This document shows, piece by piece, positions 13,231 through 25,758 of a stretch of DNA of 64,000 bases. The position numbers were made by a program, and so were the translations under genes. Source of the stretch: Priapulus caudatus (Eukaryota); the NCBI RefSeq assembly GCF_000485595.1, contig NW_014577073.1, forward strand, positions 789,684-853,683, given 5' to 3'. The notes beneath the pieces are model-generated. The model saw only the letters and a list, made by a program, of their open reading frames with translations, was not told the DNA's origin and searched no databases. Each line of letters opens with the position of its first letter. Position 1 is the first letter of the stretch.

Positions 13231-14900
13231 ATGACGATGTATGTACGAGGGTCCTAGTCTAGGATTGAATTAAAGACCAAGAGAATTGAAGTAGATCGAA
13301 CTATCTGCCTGCCGTGGACTGATGAGGTAGCTGTTGGGGAAAAAATCAAACGAGTCTGTCATCGTTTATGTCGAAAGCTATATAGCGTGTCACTGTACGC
13401 ATTGTGCATATGCGATGCTATGCATCGTGGGGGTTTTGTGACATGTTCGAGGGTTTTTTGTGACATGTTCGTGCATGGGGTTTTGTGGTTTTTGTGATTT
13501 TCGTATAGTGACATTTGCGTATAGAGGTTTTTATAGTCAGGTGTGCCGGCAAACGGACCGAGAGCATGAATTATTCGTGATGTTAGGCTGAGAACATAAT
13601 TAGAACATTATTAGAGCGAGTTTTCTTGCTGACCCGTGGGTTTAGAAAGCTAGACACTAGACAGCATGATGATATAGCGGTGTGCGTAGGCGTGTATGCA
13701 TGCGTACGTACGCGTGTGTGCATGTGCGCGTGTGTGTTTGTGCGTACGTGCGTGCGTGCGTCCGTGTGTCTTCGTGCGTGCGAGCGTGCGTGTGTGTTTG
13801 TGCGTACGTGCGTGCGTGCGTCCGTGTGTCTTCGTGCGTGCTGGTTTCGCGCAACGTGATCGCTGTGAGTGCACATTTACATGTGAAGGTGAAGATGGCG
13901 ACTTAAACGTGCCTTGATCGCGGATTTCACCTTCACACGTGGAAGTAGAGAATGGATTTACATGAAAATGTTACCGCACTTGCTAACGCGCGGGCATAGC
14001 AAACAGACTGACAGATTTACACACGCACCGTAAAAGGATCCGCGTGGATTTATACAGTGTCGTACATCACTCCCTGATTGCCGTAAATGTGTATGCGATT
14101 GCACGAGCTATTTTGGGGAAATCGAATTGTGCTTCTGCGTAGTTTCAACAAAATGCATCGCTTTTCTCCCGTGCGCTCACTAAAACCCACGCAAGACGTA
14201 CGCAATTCAGTAGAATGCACGTGTTTGCAAAACATATGCTGTCGTCCCATCCGTATACTTCCTCCGTTAAATACACGTTATACATTATTCCCTGATTACT
14301 ATAAATGTTTATACGGTTGCACGAACTACTTCGGGGAAATTGAATTGGAGAGAAGCGAGAAATAGAGAGAGAGAAAGGAGTGTGCGAGTGAGTGGAAGAG
14401 AGAAGAGTACGAGAGAGAGAGAGCAGAGAGAGCGGAGACTGGAACGAGAGACGGAATTACAATAAAACAGAAGGGAATGAGAGACCCGAGAGACAAGAAG
14501 GGGAGAGAGGAGAGAGGAAGAGAGAGAGAGAGCAGAAGAAGAGGAGAGCGGGACGAGATGAGAGAGGAGCGANNNNNNNNNNNNNNNNNNNNNNNNNNNN
14601 NNNNNNNNNNNNNNNNNNNNNNNNNNNNNNNNNNNNNNNNNNNNNNNNNNNNNNNNNNNNNTTCTCCCGTGCGCTCACTAAAACCCACGCAAGACGTACG
14701 CAATTCAGTAGAATGCACGTGTTTGCAAAACATATGCTGTCGTCCCATCCGTACACTTCCTCCGTTAAATACACGTTATACATTATTCCCTGATTACTAT
14801 AAATGTTTATACGGTTGCACGAATTACTTCGGGGAAATTGAGTTGCGTTTTGTGTAGTTTAAATAATATATATATCATATATATATATTATATATCAATC

Positions 14901-14965
<65 letters not shown>

Positions 14966-15323
14966 TGAACCCCATGTAAACGACGCGCGAATTTCCGTAA
15001 GAACCGCATTCCGTAAAGAAATCGAATTTCCGCTAGAAACGCGTTTATAAGATGACACCTCTCCGCTCGCTGCCCGCTGCGAGATAAACAAGTAAATCCA
15101 CATGATGTCGAGACACCATCAGATGATTGTGTAGGCCAGCCTTCTAGTGCTCAGCTGCTAGAGCCGCCAATGCTCGCACACCAGCCCCTCGATATTCCCA
15201 GGCAAAAGGAACTGCTGCACTATCGCTGCTCCCCCCAAGCATGAAGCGCATCGCACATCGCTTCCCATGCAGTTGAATTCGCCTACGTGATCACCACACC
15301 GCGACACACTGCACACACGCACA

Positions 15324-15360
<37 letters not shown>

Positions 15361-15549
15361 AGCTCTCTGTGCTATGTGCTCATGCCGCTGTGGTTCTTGT
15401 CATGGCGTCACCACGTATTCATCAAACGATTCTTCGTCTTTCAGCCAGTGCCTCACGACGCCGATGCACCGCGCCTACTGCTACCTGGCGGCAGTAAACG
15501 ACAGCGAGTGACTTGCGCACGCCGCCGCCGCCCGACGACGACGACGGGC

Positions 15550-16174
15550 ATGTCAACCCTCGCATCCTCCGCGGTCGTCGCCGACGCCGCGAAGCGCCCC
15601 CTGGCGGTGAGCACCGTCGTCGAGGACTTCGGATTTCTGCCGAGCTGCTCGAGCCTGGAGCGCGAGAGCTACACGCTGCAGCGGCTCAACAACAACCACG
15701 CGGCGGCCGACGACGACGACGACGACGGCGACAAGCGCGGCGACGTCGCCGCCGCCCTTTGGTGCGCTGGCGGCTGGAGTCCCGCCGACTCGCTGTCGAG
15801 CGGCGACGACTCGGTCGCCGACCGACTCTACGTCGACTACCTGTTCTCGCAGGGCCTCGCCGACTCGCTGACGGGCGGCGCACCGATGACAGCGCCACCT
15901 AGCTGCCCCGTCGATTCGGCCGCGCAGGTCGACGTGTGGAGTCGCCGCCAGATGGAGCTGGAAGCGGGCAGCAGCTCGTCGGACCTGGTCGTGCTCGGTG
16001 TGGGACTCTCACATCTGGAGCATCTTGCGGGAGAAGCGGCGCACATGGGCGCCGCTGAGCTGTCGGCTGGGGTGGAGACGGCGGCGATGTCGTCGATGAT
16101 GCATAACTACAGTCTGAGCAGCCGACCGCAGCCGTCCAGCTGGCGACAGCAGCGCCAGCAGGCGTCGTGGCAAG
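15550..16174 (+). CDS. KLF15: Kruppel-like factor 15, first coding exon (probable acceptor at 15444/15445; start ATG tentative)
   Basis: GC-rich ORF MSTLASS...SWQ with a VDYLFSQ motif resembling vertebrate KLF15 LDFLLSQ; donor CAAG|GTATAT is phase 1, matching the next exon. Confidence 0.75.
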
Positions 16175-16255
16175 GTATATATACTCTAGCTCTAGAACTA
16201 GAGGCGGAGGTGTCCTCAGCGTCCTATGGCGGAGCGAAGGGCTATAGTTGAGCTA

Positions 16256-16433
16256 TATATATTCGTGATCTTGACACGTGCTAGTTTGTGATCTTGCGTC
16301 GTGGCAAGGTATATTCATGATCTTGACACGTGCAAGTTTGTGATCTTGCGTCGTGGCAAGGTATATTCATGATCTTGACACGTGCAAGTTTGTGATCTTG
16401 CGTCGTGGCAAGGTATATTCATGATCTTGACAC
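16256..16433. repeat. 52-bp tandem repeat containing copies of the KLF15 exon end and splice donor
   Basis: GCGTCGTGGCAAG|GTATAT recurs with GT at 16309, 16361 and 16413. Confidence 0.9.
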
Positions 16434-16434
16434 T

Positions 16435-16782
16435 AACCCGCGCCACAACCTTAACCCTTTTCTTAACCTAGCCATAAGTTACCTTCTCGCTTCTCACTAC
16501 GTGGCGAGAAGTCCTAAATCCCACCGACGTGAAACAGTCGTAGAGCCGGGCTATTCCTAACTCTAACCCTAAAAGTAAACGTAGGATTGAGCCTAACATC
16601 AACTGTAGCCTTAACCTTAACTCAACCCCTAACCTCTAAACGTAACCTTCACCCTAATTACCTAGCCCTAGTTCTAACCCTAAACCTCACATAAGAGTAA
16701 GGCCATCATTAGCCCAAAATCCTAACCATAACCCTCACCATAACCCGAATCCAAACTTTAATCCTAACGGGTTAACCCTAAT
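16435..16782 (-). repeat. Degenerate CCTAA/CCCTAA-like tract (intronic)
   Basis: Repeated taaccc, taacct, ccctaa motifs. Confidence 0.65.
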
Positions 16783-16907
16783 CGATTGCCGGGCTATAAT
16801 TATTGTTTTTAACTTGTACACTACTTTGAACTATACGATACAGCTGTAGTATGGTGGCCCGGGAGGATAAACATATGGTTATGCGTGAAATTGACATGTA
16901 TTGTTAG

Positions 16908-17329
16908 CACAGGCACTTGGAACGTCTCAATAAAAAATAATAATGGTAAATAAACACCAAATGTATTTACTACCAAAGTCTTAATGTTTCTCTACTTTAT
17001 TTCGCCTATTATTGCCAATAATTACGTGTAAATGCCGGTCAAATGCTCATCTGCAACAAACAAGTACACCGCACGCACGCCCTGTGCACAAACAACATGA
17101 ATAAGTTTTTTTTAAATTTTGTTTAATTTATTCTTGATCGTGTTGTTTGTGCACAGGGCGTGCGTGCGGTGTACATGTGTGTTGCAGATGAGCATTTGAC
17201 CGGCATTTACAGGTAATTATCGGCAATAATAGGCGAAATAGAGTAGAGAAACATTAAAACTTTGGTAGTAAATACATTTCGTGTTTATTTACCATTCTTT
17301 TTTTTATTGAGACATTACAAGTGCCTGTG
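16908..17329. mobile_element. Foldback MITE with about 190-bp inverted arms and 8-bp TSD
   Basis: Termini CACAGGCACTTG...CAAGTGCCTGTG; TSD ATTGTTAG at 16900-16907 and 17330-17337. Confidence 0.92.
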
Positions 17330-17705
17330 ATTGTTAGGAATAGGTATATCAGTAAGCTAACTCTAAAACTAACACAGTTGTCATTGTTGTGATGGCGTAC
17401 TGGTAGCTCCAAGAAATGGTCTTGCTAGTGTTAGAAGACCTGTCTAGACAATCAATCAGTCGCACAGCCTCGTCAGGCTAGCGTACTGGGTGCGTATATT
17501 TTTGTCAATTGGGATACGCTCCATTACATTACGCAACTTTAAAAAAAATCGAATAGGTAATTGTTCATTTAGCATCTAATATATACACGTAGGTGTGTAG
17601 ATCTATCATATAAGATGCTTATTTATACAACACACCACGAATCGTTTACTATTATGCACCTCGGTGATCGTTTTCAACATTGATAAACCTTTGCGTTTGC
17701 TCCAG

Positions 17706-17887
17706 CTACGGAATTCTTAGATAAGAACAACAATGGCTACAGTTTACTCAACAAGGGCTGCATCAATGCACCGGGAGTCACTCAGGCACTCTTGCCCGCC
17801 TACATGTCGTTCCCTGCCAATGATAAGGTATTCTACTGTGGATATCCCGGTTGTGGAAAGATGTACAACAAATCCTCACATCTCAAG
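17706..17887 (+). CDS. KLF15: KLF15 coding exon 2 (most of zinc finger 1)
   Basis: Not in the ORF track in this frame. Translates as (A)TEFLDKNN...KVFYCGYPGCGKMYNKSSHLK; ccag acceptor, AAG|GTACGC donor; phases 1 and 0. Confidence 0.92.
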
Positions 17888-18154
17888 GTACGCTCGACTC
17901 TCTTTATTAGTATACACGGTAATGTGTACATATTTTATTGTTAATCGACTTGTCCATATCAAACGGTGCAATGTAACTACCTGTTCGACCGTATAAACGT
18001 ACTGCAAATAAGATAACCGTGCTGCTAACTTACCGTGATCTGGAAGACACTCAGACAACCTAAAATGACAGTGAATTATAGCTCATTGAGTAGAAAGTAG
18101 ACCAGTGAATTATTTATGACTTATCTATAGCTGGCTAGTGTAGCATGGTAATAT

Positions 18155-18184
18155 CAGGAGTCTATCAATATTGATAGACTCCTG
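18155..18184. mobile_element. Palindromic micro-insertion
   Basis: Perfect 30-bp palindrome CAGGAGTCTATCAAT|ATTGATAGACTCCTG; flanks GTAATAT / GAAATAT. Confidence 0.85.
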
Positions 18185-18315
18185 GAAATATCCTGGACAG
18201 TGGTGTAACCCCTGAGGCCAAGGCCTTAGGCCCGTCTCCTAGTCCTAAGGCCAAGATTTCCAATTCAAATATTTTCCATGGCTCTAAGTTACTGCTTGTT
18301 TTTGATGCCTTACAT

Positions 18316-18681
18316 CACAGGCACCTAAGCCGTTTCAATAATAAATCACTTTCAAATAAACACAAATTGTGTTTACTACCAAAGTCCTAATGTTTATGTG
18401 CCCTTTACCGACAAATAATTCGACGTAAATGCCGTTCAACACCCGAGCTCACAGCACACACGCCACTGTGTACAAACTCACGGAAAGATAGTGATCGTGA
18501 CGTGCGTACGGTAATTAAAGCTGTGCGTTGCAACGAAGCATTTGAACGGGATTTATAGGAAATTATTACCAATTAAAGGCGAAAGAGAGTAGATAAAACA
18601 TTAAGAATTTGGTAGTTAATACGAGTCGTGTTTATTTACTATGATTTTATATTATATTGAAACGGCCCAAGTATACCTGTG
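18316..18681. mobile_element. Diverged copy of the CACAGG foldback MITE family
   Basis: CACAGGCAC...TACCTGTG ends; shares TTTACTACCAAAGTC.TAATGTTT and GTAAATGCCG blocks with the 16908 element; TSD degenerate. Confidence 0.8.
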
Positions 18682-18918
18682 ACCTTCATGGGTGGGTTCT
18701 ATGGCTCTGTGGTTTGCTACCACGTCGGATCTAATTATGTCCCCGCATCTGTCTGAAATAAACTGATATATCGGAGCCAACGTTCGTCGCTGTGGTAATT
18801 AAGCTCACGATTTAGAGATCACCTGCAACTTTACGCAGGTGCAATAATCTGGAAATGGGAGACTATATCTTAAGGAGTAAACAAAAACATATTTGCTTTT
18901 ATTCAGTCTCTATACCAT

Positions 18919-18958
18919 CAAGAATCCATAATAATTTTTTTTTTATTATGGACTATTG
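18919..18958. mobile_element. Palindromic micro-insertion
   Basis: CAAGAATCCATAATAA-T8-TTATTATGGACTATTG; perfect direct repeat ATACCAT (18912-18918, 18959-18965). Confidence 0.8.
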
Positions 18959-19360
18959 ATACCATAGATGCACTTTTTAAATGGGGAATATACAAATACT
19001 GTTAACTAAACAACACAGCTATACACGTATGAAGGGAATGCTAGGACCGCCCCTGCGGGACGCAGATCCCTTGCACTTCGTTCTTATCATTAGCCATTCA
19101 GCTATAAATTTAGCTGTTTCGACTAAGAACAACAACGACATATTTGTTGCTACCCCCCCCCCCGTGTGTGTGCGCACCACGCACCGAAATGTTCACTGTC
19201 GCCTTCCGTGGAAATTTCTTTCTGTTCTTCTATAATGTTAGTGATGGACTAAGAACAGCAACGGCATATCTGTTGCTATCCCCCCCCCCCAGTGTGTGTG
19301 TGTGTGTGTGTGTTCACATCCACACTGAGATGTTCACTCTATTCTTCCGTCGCTCCGCAG

Positions 19361-19579
19361 GCGCACGTGCGGCGACACACGGGCGAGAAGCCTTTCATCT
19401 GCACGTGGCCGGCGTGCGAGTGGCGCTTCAGTCGCTCCGACGAGCTGGCGCGCCACCGGCGCTCGCACTCGGGCATCAAGCCGTACAAGTGCACGCTGTG
19501 CGAGAAGCGCTTCTCGCGCTCCGACCACCTGTCGAAACACATCAAGGTGCACAAGCGGCACGGCGACATACCGCCGTGA
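19361..19579 (+). CDS. KLF15: KLF15 last coding exon (end of zinc finger 1 plus fingers 2-3)
   Basis: [80 protein letters not shown] and SKHIKVH are KLF15-type signatures; ccgcag acceptor. Confidence 0.95.
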   Translation, partial: AHVRRHTGEKPFICTWPACEWRFSRSDELARHRRSHSGIKPYKCTLCEKRFSRSDHLSKHIKVHKRHGDIPP

Positions 19580-19797
19580 CCCCCGATGTGACGTCAGCGC
19601 CTCCTACGGCGACGCGTCGGGCGGTGACGTCACGTCGTCGGATTGTTACGTCAGCGCGTTGGTGCGTGACGTCACCGCGTCGGACAATTACGTCATCGGA
19701 CAGTGATGAGAGACAGATCATGACTTGAGTATGACGGTGACGTTGTGACCGCCGCCGGCTGTCAGCGTTTTGTGATCTTCTTAGCTGTTATTAGGAT

Positions 19798-19803
19798 AAT
19801 AAA
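19798..19803 (+). terminator. Candidate polyadenylation signal for KLF15
   Basis: First AATAAA after the stop codon. Confidence 0.35.
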
Positions 19804-20230
19804 TCGCCTTATAATTTAATCGAAGCAGCAGTGATAATGATGCTGTAGGGGTTTTTATCTCGTATGTGAATTTCGAGTTTTAGAGCATCGTATCATTGGC
19901 GCACTGTATTTGGTAGTGAAACGAGAGAGAGAATTATATTATACGATTTTCTTATTATACATTTGATATGATCGACGTGGTTTATCAAGCAATCACACAG
20001 ATATTCCTTTAGCGGCGCAAACGCACAAGCACGCATGCGCACACTGACATGCGAAGAGAGGACAAGTAGGATGGAGAAGATGATGAAGAAGAAGAAGAAG
20101 AAGAAGAAGAAGAAGAAGAAGAAGAAGAAACAAAAGGGGAGGAGGAGGATGAGGAGGAAGAGGAGAGAGTGAATTGTTGAATCACCAAATAATTGTGTGA
20201 GCGCTAGTGTGGATGAGAAAGAGAGAGAAT

Positions 20231-20275
<45 letters not shown>

Positions 20276-21434
20276 AGTGAAACACGTGTATATAGTGAGT
20301 CGTAGCAACAGTGTCAAACCTAATCGCCAGCAGATCCCATGGTAGAGCTTCCAACAGGTTGTAACTATGTGCCAGTATATGCAGGCCACTTCTCACCTTC
20401 CTTATAACGGACTGCGACATCCATGTCTGCTTCAACTATGCGAACATTTCGTTACCGAGATATCTTCACTAAATTGGCTCGTGTCGAGTAATTGAGCAAG
20501 TTGGCTAACTCTGTCGTAGCCGCTCTTATAGCGGGGGTAGATGTGAATTTCACAAATGTCACATCCCTAATGCGTTCCAAGTGCCTATCAAATCCCTCTC
20601 AGTTGCCATACATTTCATCGCTATTGTTGGCGAAATGCTAGCATTTTCTTTGCGACAACGAGCAGGATGATTCCATTTATCTAATACGATTGTACATTAG
20701 CAGCAACACATCCGACGAGGGACCAGTTATGACTTAATTAATTGGCACCTAATTAAACAAACGTTTACTGTAGCGCACTATCCCGCGCAAAAACTACGAT
20801 ATGCTGCTATCAAGTGCGTGCATCAGTAACGTGGTGATGTGTTCATTCTGCCTTTCTTCAATGCCTACATATAACTACGCGAGTTCGTAAACTCAAAATT
20901 TATGCTAATGCGTTCTTGATAACTGCTAAAAAGCACATGTATCACGTATAGTCTACATCGGTTCATTCATATCATATCAAAACATAATACCAAGAGGCCA
21001 AATTCGCTTTGAATCAGAGTAGACAGCTCTTGGTTGTATGTGATATTATCCCTACGACTACGAAGTTTTGATACAGAAGATCGCAAACCCCGCCCCCCCC
21101 CCTTTTTGGATGTAGTTAGATGTAGCAGTAGCACGGACGAGCGCTTCAATGTTTCTATGAACACCAGTAGGCAAGATTTTTGTAAATTCGTAAAGATAAT
21201 GTAGATAGCGCGATGATGTAACGTGATGGTTATTGGCCACCTGTGCCTTATCACTCTAATAGATTACGTCTACGAGACAAATCAAGCGCCCTTTGCGGCA
21301 GTGATTGTGTTGACACGGCACCGATTTGTTGTGTCAACGAAGACGCAAGGTTCTCTGGTACGTGCAGCATGGCCATTGTGCCGATTAGTTTGATTTCCTA
21401 GCGAAAGCAACTGACCCCATCACTATCACGTTAT

Positions 21435-21495
21435 CAGGGGTGTATAATAATAGATATATTATATAATATAGATAATGTATTATTAAACACTCCTG
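21435..21495. mobile_element. Degenerate palindromic micro-insertion with AT-rich filler
   Basis: CAGGGGTGTATAATAATA...TATTATTAAACACTCCTG; flanks ACGTTAT / ATGTTCT. Confidence 0.65.
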
Positions 21496-21602
21496 ATGTT
21501 CTCAGCGATGAGCTTGTTTAAAGAACTGCTGCGTGAGGAAATTTCTAATTTTGAGTAATTTTATCGCTTCATTTCAGGAGTACATGATGGGCATGCTATT
21601 AT

Positions 21603-21637
21603 CAAGAACACATACACTGTAGGTTTGTGAGCTCTTG
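21603..21637. mobile_element. Degenerate palindromic micro-insertion (CAAGAGCACA family)
   Basis: CAAGAACACATAC...GTTTGTGAGCTCTTG; flanks CTATTAT / ATATCAT. Confidence 0.5.
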
Positions 21638-23899
21638 ATATCATTATAATATTAAGATTACCGCCTCATTACTTGCTCCTGATACGTATATGCTGGTAGC
21701 GTGGTGTAGCAGAGTGCTCGCGTGGCATGCATACATCAGAGTAGGTATATCTAGACTACACTTGCGCCGTTCCTCTATATACCTGGTGCGCATACACACA
21801 GGGTCAGCCGCGAGGGACGCTAAATTCGACGTTTTTATGACGAAATAGTTCGTCGGGTAGAATTTTCTGTGTACGCAACGCCATGGATCGTTATTCGAAA
21901 GAACAGTGAATGGAATAATCATTCGCTTGTATATATTTATATACACGTATATATACATACACGTGGTTCGTGGGGATCAATATTTGAGCAGTATTCAACT
22001 CATTGTACTGAATATACGCGATAATATATCACCTAACCTATAAACACTGAATACAAGCGCGGATTTATCGCAATCTCTGGACTTTTTTATAGGTGTACCA
22101 GCGCGGAGCGTGCGGTGCTGGCGTATTAGGCGTGTCCGCGAATGGACGCAATGAACACGCGCGCGGTTGTAACTGCAGAACAAGCCCACTGACCACGTCT
22201 GCGTACACACATACACTATTATTTACCCCCGCGTAAAAGAAATCCTGGCGCACGCGTGCGATGGTGAATGAAGCGTGTTCAGCGCGCCTGATGCAACCAA
22301 ATAAGTTTTAATAGTGCACCTTGTTTGTAATAATGTGTATATATTATAGTGTATTCATATTTTAATAGTTTTAAATTACTATTGTATTCCAAGCAGCACG
22401 TAAGCTCAGAAGGGTATTTATGTGCAGCTATCTGCATGTGTACACGGCTTATATGAGCTGGCTATGTTAGTATAAGTGTCATAAAATTCTACACGCATCA
22501 TCATATCTGCACAGCCAATGACGCCTCCAAAGTAACGCTTCTAGAATCGATAATTTACAGCTTTGGCTCGTAAAAGTATGCCTGCCCTGTGTTTACAACA
22601 TAAGTGTTGCTATCGTTTAATAACTTCATCAGCAATGTCTTTCGCCTGAGTGTCGCAGTGAGTGGGATACCCCGGAGATTTTACTTCCGTCCTAGGGGTC
22701 AAATTTGCTAGCGGCGCGGAATTTTGTCGTAACGGCGCGGTTTTGCGCTCCAGTGTTAGACTGAACCCGGACGTCGTTGTCAATTGATCTGACGGCAGCA
22801 AGAGCTTCGGGGAATCGGTCTAGTACTTCAATGCCGTAATATTGTCTATCTTTACTTGCCTTGTTAACCTGATTCATTTACATAAAGATATAATTTGTGC
22901 ATAATTGCGAAAGTGTCAAATGTTTGCTTTTTATTTATAACAACTGTTGTGCAAATGTCCAATAATTGTGCTATTTATAAATGTCTAACGCTTTTAGCTC
23001 AAACAGTCAAATATCTGAGGTATAGTAACTTCTAAACTGAATTAATTCATGTAAGCAACTATAGAGCGCATATAATATTGAATTAGTTGGATTTCGTGTA
23101 TTCGGTTTGTTGTAGCGAGTTCGCGAAATCACACATTTTTTGCCGTGTAACCTAAGATGTTCGATTTCTGTGTAAATCGTGTCGGGAACTTTATACGAAC
23201 CTTATTTATCCTTTTTACGCGAACGAAATGGAATCTCGCCGTAATTTGAATTTTAAGCTGTCGTAATTCGGTACGGGAGCGCGTGGATCTCGGAGCCTAA
23301 TATTACTGCGGGTGAGCAAACTAGCGATACCGTTGACACCTTGCCAACCAGCCGCTAATCGACTACGGCTTGATGAACTACTTTCCGTAATGCAGTAATA
23401 CAGTCGCGCGCCATGTCTAGAGCACTTTCCGCACATGCGCTTACATCTCGCTGTCTTTTCGGTACGATTTCCCATCGACAACACACCACGCGCACACACT
23501 CACGACGGAGTTTTGCTCGCTACGTACGTACGCTGCGCTCGTTACGTACGTCCTACTCGAGAGGTAGGATGATTTCAAAAACCTCTGCGACGGAGTCTTA
23601 AATCTATTCTTGGCGACGAGTAGAGTCCGTGTCCTTGAGCTGCGCGACTCTCGTCACGCAAATGTCGTCATTGTAAAATCGTTGGAGTAGGTACTGCATA
23701 CTACTTCAAAACTGAAGATCTGCATAGTATAATTGGGGATTTCTGCATGCAAGAATCGAGGGATCTGCACATACTAGCATACTGAATAGCAGACTGCGCT
23801 AGCTGCAAGAGTAAGGAAATAGAGTGGTAACTAGCATCACAAGTCTCTCGTTGACATTGTCATTAATCAGTGAGGCGAAGAAATCGTCTACATTTGTGC

Positions 23900-24277
23900 C
23901 TAATAGATGTGTACGTTAAAACTAATAGATGTGTACGTTAAAACTAATAGATGTGTACGTTAAAACTAATAGATGTGTACGTTAAAACTAATAGATGTGT
24001 ACGTTAAAACTAATAGATGTGTACGTTAAAACTAATAGATGTGTACGTTAAAACTAATAGATGTGTACGTTAAAACTAATAGATGTGTTCGCTAAAACTA
24101 ATAGATGTGTTCGCTAAAACTAATAGATGTGTACGTTAAAACTAATAGATGTGTTCGCTAAAACTAATAGATGTGTACGTTAAAACTAATAGATGCATGT
24201 GTACGTTAAAACTAATAGATGTGTACGTTAAAACTAATAGATGTGTTCGTTAAAACTAATAGATGTGTAATTAAAAC
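23900..24277. repeat. 22-bp minisatellite (TAATAGATGTGTACGTTAAAAC), about 17 units
   Basis: Direct reading; highly homogeneous. Confidence 0.95.
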
Positions 24278-24399
24278 AACTACGAGAACGCTGTTACTCT
24301 TACACGCGCACCGACGCGCACAGTCACTCACTCACGCACGCGCACGCACGCACGCATGCACGCACGCGCACCGACGCGCACAGTCACTCACTCACGCAC

Positions 24400-24439
<40 letters not shown>

Positions 24440-25758
24440 GTACACGGACTGGCGCACACGTTTATTCACGCCGCACACATTCTTGTGAACAATTCTAAAC
24501 AACGATCCAAAACGATCGATCATATCGAACGTGAAATATTATTGCCTTTGTTTATTTTATCGCTCATTTCACTCCTCATATGAAGGCATAATCACTTCAC
24601 CTCCCCTTTCCCAAGGTACAAAGCCAAGCGTTATTAGGGCGTTTTCAAGGCTCATAGCTCGTAAGCTAAAAGTAATTAAAGGACAATAAAGATTATTCTA
24701 AAGTTTTACTTTTTTGAGTCGTCGTTAATCTTGTAGCAGAATTTATGCTAGGTATGCAATTATCCATAAAAACCTACTCTTGCGCAAATCTGTAATCGTT
24801 AGATATAATAGCTTCCATATATAGGCGGTCGTAAAAATATCCCATTTATAACCGCGTATTACTCTCACAATGAAGGTTTATGGCTACTTGATTAGATGAA
24901 CTCTCGGCTATCGAGAGTGCGTCGATATCGCATCGCGCGTATGCATATTTACAACTAGCGCGCCGTGTATCTACAGTGCAGCAACATTACGGTGCTAATC
25001 GAGTCGCAATGAAAACATTATATATTTAGCATGAGGCGGGATATATAGGGTAAGACACGCGTGAAAAGAAATCGGTGGTAAGTAATGGCGTGGTATGACT
25101 GCTGTGTGAAATGGCGACAATTATGACGCCTTAATGCCCATGCATTTTTAATTGCATTTAAGTATATTCGAACATATAAGCGTATTTTTAAGACACCTAT
25201 GAATTTCACCGCAAAAAAGACCCCGATGCAATTCACTATTGAGTATTAATTTATTTTATTCGTCTATAATTAGCCGTAGGATACGGCGACGCATTTTTAT
25301 TTCATATTTTAAGCAGTAACATGCAGTTATCACATAAATGCGCGCTCACGTGTACGCGTGTGTACGCGCGCACGGACGCACGCCCACGCGGATGCACGAA
25401 CGCACGCACGGTGCTAAGAAGCACCGATATTTTCTAGTATTTATGTAGAATAAAAAAGTGTTTGAACCTCACGAGAACGCAAAACCACAAATCTGTGCAA
25501 TTCACGCGTTTCCATCTCGTTTTTGTACATTGATAAAAAGGTGCATTTTGCGTTCCTTTATGGACGCTTGAATTTTATAGGCGCGGCCGAGACAATTATA
25601 TACGCGCGCATAATTAATATAGAATCAATATTTAATTACTTATTTCCAATTACGTATCACAAAAATACATCCTCGGTGCCCTTCTCGTGGATTACGCTCT
25701 CGAGTCTTCTCAAGCGGGTGTCAAGGAAACCCTTTCGAGATTACGGTTGCCATGGCAA

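Noticed and set aside
14163..14845. About 180-bp direct repeat on either side of an N gap
   Set aside because: Near-identical overlap flanking a gap with noisy GA fill, typical of a scaffolding artefact.
19144..19728. 194-aa overlapping ORF across the last KLF15 exon
   Set aside because: An alternative frame of GC-rich coding DNA; the zinc-finger frame explains the region.
21575..21681. Outer CAGGAG...CTCCTG pair enclosing the 21603 element (possible nested footprint); similar weak cases at 47735-47762 and 48420-48457
   Set aside because: The arms match poorly beyond the terminal motif and there is no flanking direct repeat.
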